A DNA stretch of 64,000 nucleotides from Candidatus Latescibacterota bacterium (GTDB lineage Bacteria > Latescibacterota > UBA2968): the NCBI GenBank assembly GCA_965204375.1, contig OZ241986.1:1120001-1184000 (forward strand). The letters run 5' to 3'. The translations under genes and the position numbers were made by a program. The notes under the pieces are model-generated. The model saw only the letters and a program-made list of their open reading frames with translations. It ran no database searches and was not told the DNA's origin. Numbering within the stretch: the first letter of the stretch is position 1; every line of letters begins with the position of its first letter. Below are positions 48,897-57,779 of the stretch, piece by piece.

Positions 48897-49985
48897 ATGG
48901 AAGTTCTGGCAACACCTATTGTCGATAAGGTCAAAGAAGCGCGCGATACCCTCGATGCCCATGTGCGAGATATGGTCGCCTGGCATTTTAATCCCACTAC
49001 GGGGTGTCCATTCTGGCTGGAATTTGCAGGGGAATTGGATTTTGATCCACGTCGAGAGATCGGTGGGTACAGTGATTTGAAATATCTCGGGCATTTCCAG
49101 GATGAATGGCTGCGCGGCGGTCCCGTGCGGCGATGGATCCCGAGGGGAAGCGAGGGGCAGCGGACTTATGTATTTGAAACGGGTGGCTCAACCGGTGTGC
49201 CCAAATATCGGATTAGTCAAAACGATTTTCAAATCGACTACGAGATGTTCAGTGAGCACCTTTCTGAAGAAACATTTCCAAAGGGTGCGGACTGGTTGAT
49301 GCTGGGACCCACAGGTCCCCGGCGATTGCGCCTGGCTGTCGAATATCTCTGTCAGATTCGCGGTGGGATTTGCTTTCTCGTGGATCTCGATCCCCGATGG
49401 GTCAACAAGCTGATCAAGCGCGGCGCCCTCCAGGAATTGGAACTCTACAAAGCCCATGTCATCGATCAGGCACTCACGATTCTGCGCGCCAATGACAATG
49501 TGAAATGCATGTTCACGACTCCCAAGCTTCTCGAAGAATTATGCGAAAAAATTTCTCTGCAAAAAGCCGGGATTAGCGGCATTTTCTGCGGGGGAACAGA
49601 GATGAACGCACAATTCAATCGCTTTGCGAGAGAAGAGCTTATCCCGGGCATTGATTTTGTTCCTACCTACGGCAATACCCTAATGGGACTGGCTTATTCC
49701 AAGCCGCTCGAATCCGGAGATAACTACGCGATTACGTATTATCCGCCCGTACCCCGCGCGTTTATCGAACTGGTAAAGCCGAACAATCCCGATGAAGTGG
49801 TCGATTACGACGAAGTCGGGCGCGTGATGCTGACGACGCTTACAAAAGAATTTTTTATGCCCCGCTTTCTCGAACGCGATGAGGCCGAACGCGCCAAACC
49901 GATTGAAGCCTATCCCTGGGATGGCGTGAGAAACCTGGGTCTGCTCTCTGAGTTGCAGGAATCCGTGGTCGTTGGGGTGTATTAA
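48897..49985 (+). CDS. GriC/EhpF-like short adenylate-forming enzyme
   Basis: FETGGSTGVPK P-loop, GGTE, YGNTLMG, ERD; 362 aa, lacking the usual ANL C-terminal subdomain. Confidence 0.7.
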   Translation: MEVLATPIVDKVKEARDTLDAHVRDMVAWHFNPTTGCPFWLEFAGELDFDPRREIGGYSDLKYLGHFQDEWLRGGPVRRWIPRGSEGQRTYVFETGGSTGVPKYRISQNDFQIDYEMFSEHLSEETFPKGADWLMLGPTGPRRLRLAVEYLCQIRGGICFLVDLDPRWVNKLIKRGALQELELYKAHVIDQALTILRANDNVKCMFTTPKLLEELCEKISLQKAGISGIFCGGTEMNAQFNRFAREELIPGIDFVPTYGNTLMGLAYSKPLESGDNYAITYYPPVPRAFIELVKPNNPDEVVDYDEVGRVMLTTLTKEFFMPRFLERDEAERAKPIEAYPWDGVRNLGLLSELQESVVVGVY

Positions 49986-50004
49986 ATCGGGTGGATCGTA
50001 TCAC

Positions 50005-51144
50005 TCAAGGCAGTTCCACCTCACGGCAAAAGGTAGAAAAGGGCAACACGCGGGTGTTGTCTGTTGCGTTGCCAAAATCTTTTGTACCCAGGTGTACCTG
50101 GTAAAATCGCGGAATATCTGTTCGCTCTCTGAAGTACTTGCAGGCGGGCGAATTACCGCGCTCACCGGTTTTGCACTCGACGGCAAATTCAGCATATCCA
50201 TCGCGTAGAACGACAAAATCTACCTCGCGCTTGTCGGTATCTCGGATAAAGCGCAATTCCATGTCATATCCTTCCGTATCTTCGATATAGTGGCAGTACT
50301 TCAGTAAGTGTCCGGCCACCATGTTCTCAAACCGGGCACCGCGATCTGTTACGCGCGACCAGTCCCAGAAATACAGTTTTTTCTCCTTGCGCACAGCTCT
50401 GATCCTTTTCGCACCAAATGGTGGAATGCGATAGCACAGGTATAGCCTTTCAAAGATCGCGAGCCAGCGTTCGACGGTTTCGTGAGCCACTTGCAAGAGT
50501 TTGCTGAGGCTGTTGACCGAAAGCGGGGATCCCACACAGGCGGGCAGGTGAGATAGCAAGAGGTCTAACATGGATACCTCGCGCACATTTTCCAGATCGC
50601 GGAGGTCTTCATAGATGACTCTTGCGGAATGCTCGCGTAGCCACCTGCGGTGAAATCGCGTCTCCCCCCTGAGAAAAGGCTCCGGAAAACCGCCAAATCT
50701 GAGCAGTTGTGCCACGAGCGTGTTATCTGACTCCCGTCCGCATTCCATCAGCGTGAAGGGATGCAGGCGGTAGTAGTGATATCGCCCCTGCAAGGAGTCG
50801 CCGCCTTTGCGGTAGTAATCCAGCCGTGCCGAGCCAGTGACAATAAAAGAAACGGATGTCTTGTTTTTGTCGAATAGTCCTTTCATTAGATTTCGCCATT
50901 GTGCGTACTTGTGAATTTCATCGAAAATGATGCGGGTCTGTCCAGAAGGTAGTCGTCCCGCCAGAATGTCCTCGCGGTCGGCCAGTACATCCCAGTTCAG
51001 GTAGGCGGGTGATGACTCATTCTGATCTTGCCCCAACAGTGAGATTGCGAGTGTTGTTTTTCCAACCTGGCGCGGACCGCCGATGAATATCATTCTGTCT
51101 GCGATATCTGCTTCAATATGATCCGTGATGTAGCGGGGTTCCAT
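50005..51144 (-). CDS. AAA_14 ATPase with DUF4143 C-terminus
   Basis: GPRQVGKTT, FDEIH, TGSA, SLQGR, GGFPE, FENMV, REVDFV..AVECK. Confidence 0.9.
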   Translation of the reverse strand: MEPRYITDHIEADIADRMIFIGGPRQVGKTTLAISLLGQDQNESSPAYLNWDVLADREDILAGRLPSGQTRIIFDEIHKYAQWRNLMKGLFDKNKTSVSFIVTGSARLDYYRKGGDSLQGRYHYYRLHPFTLMECGRESDNTLVAQLLRFGGFPEPFLRGETRFHRRWLREHSARVIYEDLRDLENVREVSMLDLLLSHLPACVGSPLSVNSLSKLLQVAHETVERWLAIFERLYLCYRIPPFGAKRIRAVRKEKKLYFWDWSRVTDRGARFENMVAGHLLKYCHYIEDTEGYDMELRFIRDTDKREVDFVVLRDGYAEFAVECKTGERGNSPACKYFRERTDIPRFYQVHLGTKDFGNATDNTRVLPFSTFCREVELP

Positions 51145-51165
51145 ACTTATTACCTTTCTTGCATG

Positions 51166-51233
51166 TCGTGAGTATTTTAGACTAAACCACAATATACTCG
51201 TGAGTATTTTAGAGTCAATATGAAAATACTCAC
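51166..51233. promoter_or_regulatory. Direct plus inverted repeat operator upstream of the AAA_14 gene
   Basis: tcgtgagtattttaga at 51166 and 51198; inverted aaaatactcac at 51223. Confidence 0.6.
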
Positions 51234-51243
51234 ATTATTGCGC

Positions 51244-51272
51244 TTGCTTTTATTTGGGTGAAAAGCTACTTT
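51244..51272 (+). promoter_or_regulatory. Possible sigma70-type promoter for the downstream cluster genes
   Basis: TTGCTT-N17-TACTTT. Confidence 0.35.
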
Positions 51273-51385
51273 TTATGTTCTACAACGCAGTTTAAAACTA
51301 CACTTGTGCCTAATTTTATGACTATAAATCCCTTCCCAAAATGTTGCAGAGAGGCGATAATTAGTCTTTCAAAGAGGCGAGATAT

Positions 51386-52810
51386 ATGATTCACTTACCC
51401 ATTTTACGCGCGGGGGAACCGTACACGAGCTTGAGCGTTCAGGAAGTGTCGCATATTCAAACTGGCGAGCCACTCGTTCAGGTCAGTCAGGCAAACCGGG
51501 GGCTGGTAGCTAAAGACTTGAATGCAGCGGCGGCGAACAAACACGCGCTCGACAGGCTGAGTGTATCCGAACTCGTGGGCATAACCCGCGAAGCCGCGCG
51601 CTTATTTGCAGAAGCCGATTTGCCCATTGGCGATCATATCCAGACGCCCGATGATTATGTCAAACAGGTGTCTGGCACAACGGGTATGCCCGAAGCGCTC
51701 TGCCGCGCGAATATGGAAAAAATTCAGCTCGTATGCACGGAGATCGAAGCTGTTTTAGGAGGTCTCACGCGCGGGTTAGATCTCGCTGTGCTCGATGAGG
51801 GCTGGCACGATCAGGATGGTCGTTCTCTCAGCTATATTTGCCAGGCCGATGCCCTCGGGGCTATATTGCCGAGCAATTCACCGGGGGTGCACGCGCTGTG
51901 GGTTCCAGCCATACCACTCAAGGTACCACTCGTTCTAAAACCCGGACGCGAAGAGCCCTGGACGCCTTTCCGAATTGCACAGGCGTTTATAGAAGCGGGG
52001 TGCCCGCCAGAAGCGTTTGGGTTTTATCCCACAGATCACGGTGGTGCCACTGAAATTTTGCTTCGCTGCGGTCGCTCTATGCTCTTTGGGGGCGGGGCGA
52101 CGGTCGCGCCTTGGCTGAGCGATCCCCGCGTGGAAATTCACGGGCCTGGGCAGAGTAAGGTCATTATTGGCGAAGATGTGATAGACCGCTGGGAAGACTA
52201 TCTCGACATCGCGGTTGCTTCAATTACTGCAAATGGCGGTCGCTCCTGTATCAACGCGTCGGGGGTGTGGGTTCCCGCGCATGGTCGAGAAATTGCCGAA
52301 GCACTCGCAGAGCGATTGGCAAAAGTTGTCGGGAGACCTCTTGATGATCCAGAAGCGCAGATCGCGGCATTTACCAACCCCGCATTCGCCGATCAAATTT
52401 CGCTGGCTATAGATATCAACCTGAAAACGCCAGGGGCCGAAGAACTGACCGAGAAATTGCGCGGTGATCGGCTGGTCGAGATCGATGGGTTGAAATTCTT
52501 AAATCCCACAGTTGTCTGGTGTGACGATTTTGAACATCCTCTTGCAAATACCGAATATTTGTTCCCATACGCGAGCGTAGTCGAGGTTTCTCAGTCGGAA
52601 ATTTTGGACAAGATTGGACCAAGCCTTGTGGTGACAGCCATAACAGAAGACCGTGTATTTATCGATAAATTGCTCAATTCTCCCCATGTAGAAAGACTGA
52701 ATGTGGGTGCGATTCCCACGCATCAGATATCATGGGATCAACCACACGAGGGCAACTTGTTCGAGCACCTGTACCGGCAGCGCGCGCTGCAATGGGCGAA
52801 ACAGGCTTAG
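51386..52810 (+). CDS. GriD/EhpG-like aldehyde dehydrogenase-fold acyl reductase
   Basis: PSNSP, LKPG, catalytic Cys in GGRSCINAS; HGPGQSK in place of ELGGK; EYLFP. Confidence 0.75.
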   Translation: MIHLPILRAGEPYTSLSVQEVSHIQTGEPLVQVSQANRGLVAKDLNAAAANKHALDRLSVSELVGITREAARLFAEADLPIGDHIQTPDDYVKQVSGTTGMPEALCRANMEKIQLVCTEIEAVLGGLTRGLDLAVLDEGWHDQDGRSLSYICQADALGAILPSNSPGVHALWVPAIPLKVPLVLKPGREEPWTPFRIAQAFIEAGCPPEAFGFYPTDHGGATEILLRCGRSMLFGGGATVAPWLSDPRVEIHGPGQSKVIIGEDVIDRWEDYLDIAVASITANGGRSCINASGVWVPAHGREIAEALAERLAKVVGRPLDDPEAQIAAFTNPAFADQISLAIDINLKTPGAEELTEKLRGDRLVEIDGLKFLNPTVVWCDDFEHPLANTEYLFPYASVVEVSQSEILDKIGPSLVVTAITEDRVFIDKLLNSPHVERLNVGAIPTHQISWDQPHEGNLFEHLYRQRALQWAKQA

Positions 52811-52813
52811 GAG

Positions 52814-53929
52814 ATGAAAGCATTTGATTTTTGTCCTACTACGCGCGTGGTGTTTGGGGAGGGCACACTCGCGCAATTGGGGAAATTATCAGAAACATTG
52901 GGCGGTAGCCGTATTCTTTTTGTGACCGATCCAGGGATTGTAAGTGCCGGGCTTGCAGACCGTGCGATTGCGGTGCTTCAACGCGCTTCCCTGGATTTTT
53001 TTGTGTTTGATAGAGTGGGCGAAAATCCTACGACCACGCATTTAGAGGCCGGTGTTGCGTTTGCAAAAGCGCGTGGAAATATTGATCTGATCGTCGGTAT
53101 GGGCGGGGGTAGCGCGATGGATTGTGCCAAGGGGATCAATTTTATCCTGACCAACGGCGGCCAGATGGCAGATTATTGGGGTATGGGCCATGCGGCAAAA
53201 CCCATGTTGCCTTCTATCGGGATTCCAACGACTGCGGGCACAGGGAGCGAAGCGCAGTCCTACGCGCTTATTTCCGATGCAAAAACGCATGTCAAGATGG
53301 CCTGCGGCGATCTGAAAGCGCGATTCCGAAGTGTTATTCTCGATCCGTCACTGGTTGAAAGTGCGCCGAAAGATGTCGCAGCAGCAGCGGGTATAGATGC
53401 CATCGCACATGCCATTGAGAGTTATGTTTGCACACGCCGCAATGCTATTTCTATGATGTTTGCGCAAAAGGCGTGGGAATTGCTTTCATCGAGTTTTGAA
53501 AGCGTGCTGAAGGATGCTTCCGATAGCGAGGCGAGGAGCAAAATGCTTTTGGGCGCGCACTTCGCTGGCGCGGCTATTGAGAATGCCATGTTGGGGGCAG
53601 CCCATGCGTGTGCCAATCCATTGACCGCGCATTTTGGTATTGTACATGGCGTTGCTGTGGCACTTTTGCTGCCCGCTGTCGTCCAATTTAATGGCGAAAC
53701 CGAAAGTACGCGTTATCGCGGACTCGGAGTTGATGTTGATGAACTCGTCGAGAAGGTCGTTTTTTTGAAAGAATGTGCGAATCTGCCTTCTCGATTGCGC
53801 GACCTCGGCGTAGCGCGTGACAGGCTCCCAATACTGGCAAAAGATGCAACCGAACAATGGACGGGTACTTTTAATCCGAGACCCGTGGATGAAGATGATT
53901 TTCTCGCCCTTTACGAATCTGTGTATTGA
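52814..53929 (+). CDS. Iron-containing alcohol dehydrogenase
   Basis: GGGSAMDCAK, PTTAGTGSE, DAIAHAIE, AHACANP..HG. Confidence 0.92.
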   Translation: MKAFDFCPTTRVVFGEGTLAQLGKLSETLGGSRILFVTDPGIVSAGLADRAIAVLQRASLDFFVFDRVGENPTTTHLEAGVAFAKARGNIDLIVGMGGGSAMDCAKGINFILTNGGQMADYWGMGHAAKPMLPSIGIPTTAGTGSEAQSYALISDAKTHVKMACGDLKARFRSVILDPSLVESAPKDVAAAAGIDAIAHAIESYVCTRRNAISMMFAQKAWELLSSSFESVLKDASDSEARSKMLLGAHFAGAAIENAMLGAAHACANPLTAHFGIVHGVAVALLLPAVVQFNGETESTRYRGLGVDVDELVEKVVFLKECANLPSRLRDLGVARDRLPILAKDATEQWTGTFNPRPVDEDDFLALYESVY

Positions 53930-53930
53930 T

Positions 53931-54032
53931 CCGCAGATGACGCAGATGGGCGCAGATGAAAGGCTTTTATGCACATACATGATGAAACAGGTAACAATGT
54001 AACCCTCTGTGTTCATCTGTGTTTATCTGTGG
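53931..54032. repeat. C(A/G)CAGAT periodic imperfect inverted-repeat element overlapping a gene start
   Basis: ccgcagatgacgcagatgggcgcagatg ... ctctgtgttcatctgtgtttatctgtgg. Confidence 0.8.
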
Positions 54033-55114
54033 TTGCTTTTTTTAGTTTATTTTTAATTCCCATCCATGCAGAAGAATGGAGCCGATTCCGCGGGGATGCA
54101 CAATCTACGGGTGTTGCAAATAGTAGCCTGCCGGCTGAACTGGATGTGTTGTGGACGGCACAGATCGAAATAGGGATTGAATCCACCGCCGCAATTTGGC
54201 AAGACGTGGTGTATGTGGGCGGGTTGGATGAAAAGCTATACGCTTTTGATTTTGATAGTGGTGCGATCAAGTGGACCTATTCGGCTACGGGTGAGATCAA
54301 ATCGTCGCCATTGGTTTTTGAAAAAACCGTGTATTTCGGCGATGGCAATGGCGTTTTTCACGCTGTTGATGCCCAGACAGGTAACGCACTTTGGACGTTT
54401 CAAACGGATGGGGAGATTATCTCGTCGGCAAATGCAACCGGGGGCCGCGTCCTGTTTGGGTCTTATGATCAGTTCTTATACTGCCTCGCGCCGGACGACG
54501 GGTCTTTGTTGTGGAAAATAGAAACGGATGGTTATGTTCACGGTATGCCGGCTATCGCACAAGCGCATACGCTGATCGCGGGGTGTGATGGTCTCTTGCG
54601 CGTTATCGATATTGCCAGTGGAAAAGAACAATCGCAAATTGAACTCGGTGCTTATGTGGGAGCCAGTGCAGCCGTTCATCAGACGCGCGCTTATGTGGGG
54701 ACTTATGAGAGCCAGGTTTTGTGCATTGATTTAAATGCAAAAGAGATTGCCTGGAGATACGAACACCCACAGCGGAAATTTCCCTATGTTGCATCGCCAT
54801 CCACGACCCGCGAGCGGGTTATTGTTGCGGGGCGCGATAAGATGGTTCACGCGCTTGATCCCGATACGGGGGATGTTTTGTGGACCTACACATCTCGCTC
54901 TCGATTTGAAGCGTCTCCCGTTGTGGTGGGCGATCGCGTTTTTGCAGGTACAATGGATGGAAAAATTGTGGCATTAAATCTCGATACGGGTGAATCCGAG
55001 TGGGAATTTGTAACCGGGTCGGGATTTGTCGCCTCGCCGAGTGTGGCGCGCAAGCGGCTGATTATTGGCACAACAGATGGTACGTTATATTGTTTTGGAA
55101 AGGCGGAAGAATGA
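53969..55114 (+). CDS. Secreted PQQ-like beta-propeller protein
   Basis: EWSRFRGD, about eight SSP.V / D..TG...W blades. Confidence 0.85.
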   Translation: MHIHDETGNNVTLCVHLCLSVVAFFSLFLIPIHAEEWSRFRGDAQSTGVANSSLPAELDVLWTAQIEIGIESTAAIWQDVVYVGGLDEKLYAFDFDSGAIKWTYSATGEIKSSPLVFEKTVYFGDGNGVFHAVDAQTGNALWTFQTDGEIISSANATGGRVLFGSYDQFLYCLAPDDGSLLWKIETDGYVHGMPAIAQAHTLIAGCDGLLRVIDIASGKEQSQIELGAYVGASAAVHQTRAYVGTYESQVLCIDLNAKEIAWRYEHPQRKFPYVASPSTTRERVIVAGRDKMVHALDPDTGDVLWTYTSRSRFEASPVVVGDRVFAGTMDGKIVALNLDTGESEWEFVTGSGFVASPSVARKRLIIGTTDGTLYCFGKAEE

Positions 55115-56457
55115 GCGAGCAAATTCAGATTCCAGAGCCAGCGACAACCCGCAAAGTGTGGAAGGAGACAGATGTTGGTAGCGTGTTTGTCTCCAATTAT
55201 CCGCCTTACTCTTTCTGGCGCGATGAAAATACAGCGCGGATTGAAGAGATGTTGCACACATCTGATTCGGGAGAGAGAGAAGTACCACTGGGCCTTTACA
55301 TGCATATTCCATTTTGCCGAAAACGGTGTAAGTTCTGTTATTTTCGGGTTTATACAGATCGCAATAGCACGGAAATTCAGACGTATTTAGATGCTCTGGC
55401 AAAAGAAGTGGAAACTTATAGCACGTTGCCGCGTATTGCAGGTCGAAAATTGAACTTTGTTTATTTTGGTGGTGGTACGCCGTCTTATATTGGTGTCAAA
55501 CACTTGAAGGTATTGGTTGACCGGGTCAAGGCTGTGATGCCCTGGGACGATGCGGAAGAGGTGGCATTTGAATGCGAACCGGGTACGCTGTCAAAATCCA
55601 AAGTTGAGGCTGTTCGGGAAATTGGCGTCACGCGCTTGAGCCTGGGTTTGGAGAACTTAAATGACGATATTTTGCGGGAGAATGGTCGCGCACACGTCAG
55701 CAAAGAAATTTACAGGGCTATGCCCTGGGTCAAGGCGCAGGAATTTGCACAGGTCAATGTGGATTTAATCTCCGGTATGGTGGGGGAATCGTGGGAGACG
55801 TGGCGAGATACAGTGCAGGGCACCATTGATCTCGATGCGGATAGCGTTACTATTTATCAGATGGAGTTGCCGTTTAATACGACGTATTCAAAGGCGATAC
55901 GCGATGGGGGAGGTTTACAGGTCGCAGATTGGGAAACCAAGCGCGCATGGCACAATTATGCGATTGAAGAGTTTGCCAAAGCGGGCTATGAAACATCGAG
56001 TGCTTATACGCTGGTCAAAAAAGGGCGCTTGAACAAATTTGTCTATCGAGATGCCCTGTGGCGTAGCGCGGATCTCGTCGGTACGGGTGTGGCTTCTTTT
56101 TCTCATGTGGGCGGCATGCATTTTCAAAATCAGACGCACTGGGATCCCTATATCGAAACCGTTGAGAAAGGCCAACTTCCGATCAATCGATCTTTTGTGC
56201 CGACAAAAGAAGAGCGGCTGATCAGAGAGATGATTTTGCAACTCAAGCTGGGGCGGATTGAGACAGCGTATTTTCAGGATAAATTTGGTGTCAATATTTT
56301 GCAGCAATTTGGTGATGCCTATCAGAAGCTCAGGGAATACGAGATGCTGGATTTCGATTCGCAGAGTATCACTCTGAGCCGGGAGGGACTTTTGCGCGTC
56401 GATCAGTTGCTGCCCGAATTTTACCACGAAAAATATCGCAATTCGCGTTATACATAA
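55111..56457 (+). CDS. HemN-like (class C) radical SAM enzyme
   Basis: LYMHIPFCRKRCKFCYF (CxxxCxxC), YFGGGTPS, RLSLG, NVDLISG. Confidence 0.88.
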   Translation: MSEQIQIPEPATTRKVWKETDVGSVFVSNYPPYSFWRDENTARIEEMLHTSDSGEREVPLGLYMHIPFCRKRCKFCYFRVYTDRNSTEIQTYLDALAKEVETYSTLPRIAGRKLNFVYFGGGTPSYIGVKHLKVLVDRVKAVMPWDDAEEVAFECEPGTLSKSKVEAVREIGVTRLSLGLENLNDDILRENGRAHVSKEIYRAMPWVKAQEFAQVNVDLISGMVGESWETWRDTVQGTIDLDADSVTIYQMELPFNTTYSKAIRDGGGLQVADWETKRAWHNYAIEEFAKAGYETSSAYTLVKKGRLNKFVYRDALWRSADLVGTGVASFSHVGGMHFQNQTHWDPYIETVEKGQLPINRSFVPTKEERLIREMILQLKLGRIETAYFQDKFGVNILQQFGDAYQKLREYEMLDFDSQSITLSREGLLRVDQLLPEFYHEKYRNSRYT

Positions 56458-56488
56458 GCGCTCAATTTCCACTAACTATGGAGGATAT

Positions 56489-57730
56489 ATGACATACAGG
56501 TATTATTTGTTAATCGCCGTTGTGCTGTGTTTTTCTTCCGCACACGCGGATTGGCCCCAATGGCTGGGTCCCAATCGAACGGGTATTTCTTCTGAAACGG
56601 GGTTGGTGACAACCTGGACAAAAGATGGGCCAACGGTTGTGTGGCAACAAGAACTCGGTGAGGGGTTTTCCGGTATCTCGGTCGCGGATGGCCGGGTCTA
56701 TACGATGTTCTCTGCTGGGGAAGACGAATTTGTCATTTGTCTGAATGAAGAAACAGGCAAGGAAATCTGGCGTTTCAGGACTGGTGCCAAATTTTATGAG
56801 CGTCAAGGTGGGAACGGTCCCCGTTCTCAGCCTACTGTGGATGGCGAGCGGGTTTTTGTGCTGAGTGCCGAAGGCTGGTTGTACGCGCTCAATGCAAAAG
56901 ATGGGAAAAAACTTTGGCTGGTTGATCTTTACGATGGATTGGGCAGTCGCGTGCCAAAATTCGGGTTTTCGACGTCGCCGCTGGTCGAAGGCGATTTGTT
57001 GCTCTTAGAAGTGGGCACACGGCAAGGGACGTTTATCGCTTTGGATAAGACAAATGGCGCTGTCAAGTGGGCGTCTCAACGAGATGTCGTGTCTTATTCA
57101 TCGCCTATTGCTGCAGATATTGCGGGTATTCGCCAGGTGGTTTTTGTTTCGGGCGAAGCCGCGGTTGGGCTTTCTCCCACAGATGGCTCGCTCTACTGGC
57201 GATTTCCCTGGTCCACGTCTTATGATCTGAATGTTGCCACGCCAATTTTAGTGCCCCCAGATCACATATTTATTTCTTCGGGTTATGACCACGGGGCAGC
57301 TCTGTTGCAAATCTCCCCGGAGGGAGATGGTCTGAGCGTTAAAAAGGTGTGGGAAAGCCGCGGTATGAAAAATCATTTTGGCACATCGCTTCTGATCGGC
57401 GACTATATCTATGGTTTTGACAATGCGATCTTGAAATGTATTGAGGCAAAGACCGGCAAGGAACAGTGGAAACGCCGGGGGTATGGCAAAGGGACGCTTA
57501 TTTATGCCGATGGACAGTTGATCATTTTGAGCGATAAAGGTAAGCTCGCATTGGCAGATGCGTCGCCCACAGGTTTTCGTGAAAAGGCCAGCACACAAGT
57601 GCTGTCGGGCAAGTGCTGGACGCCACCAACGCTTGCCAATGGTAAAATTTTTGTGCGCGATATGCACAGGATTGTATGCATGGATGTATCGGGCACGCAG
57701 GCGAAACCTGCGGACACGGAGAGCGAATAA
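56489..57730 (+). CDS. Secreted PQQ-like beta-propeller protein
   Basis: Signal peptide AHA, DWPQWLGPNR, GPRSQPTVDG, YSSP. Confidence 0.85.
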   Translation: MTYRYYLLIAVVLCFSSAHADWPQWLGPNRTGISSETGLVTTWTKDGPTVVWQQELGEGFSGISVADGRVYTMFSAGEDEFVICLNEETGKEIWRFRTGAKFYERQGGNGPRSQPTVDGERVFVLSAEGWLYALNAKDGKKLWLVDLYDGLGSRVPKFGFSTSPLVEGDLLLLEVGTRQGTFIALDKTNGAVKWASQRDVVSYSSPIAADIAGIRQVVFVSGEAAVGLSPTDGSLYWRFPWSTSYDLNVATPILVPPDHIFISSGYDHGAALLQISPEGDGLSVKKVWESRGMKNHFGTSLLIGDYIYGFDNAILKCIEAKTGKEQWKRRGYGKGTLIYADGQLIILSDKGKLALADASPTGFREKASTQVLSGKCWTPPTLANGKIFVRDMHRIVCMDVSGTQAKPADTESE

Positions 57731-57779
57731 TAATCGGAAAAGGCCGGGGGACTGAGATCTGACAATTGGAGAAGTCACT

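Noticed and set aside
48897-52810. Phenazine biosynthesis cluster
   Set aside because: Only EhpF/EhpG-like tailoring homologs are present; no phzA/B/D/E/F/G in the window (cannot exclude beyond 64 kb)
45267-57730. PQQ/lanthanide alcohol dehydrogenases or BamB
   Set aside because: No vicinal Cys-Cys or recognisable quinoprotein active-site motifs, no pqq or cytochrome c genes, no bam/der context
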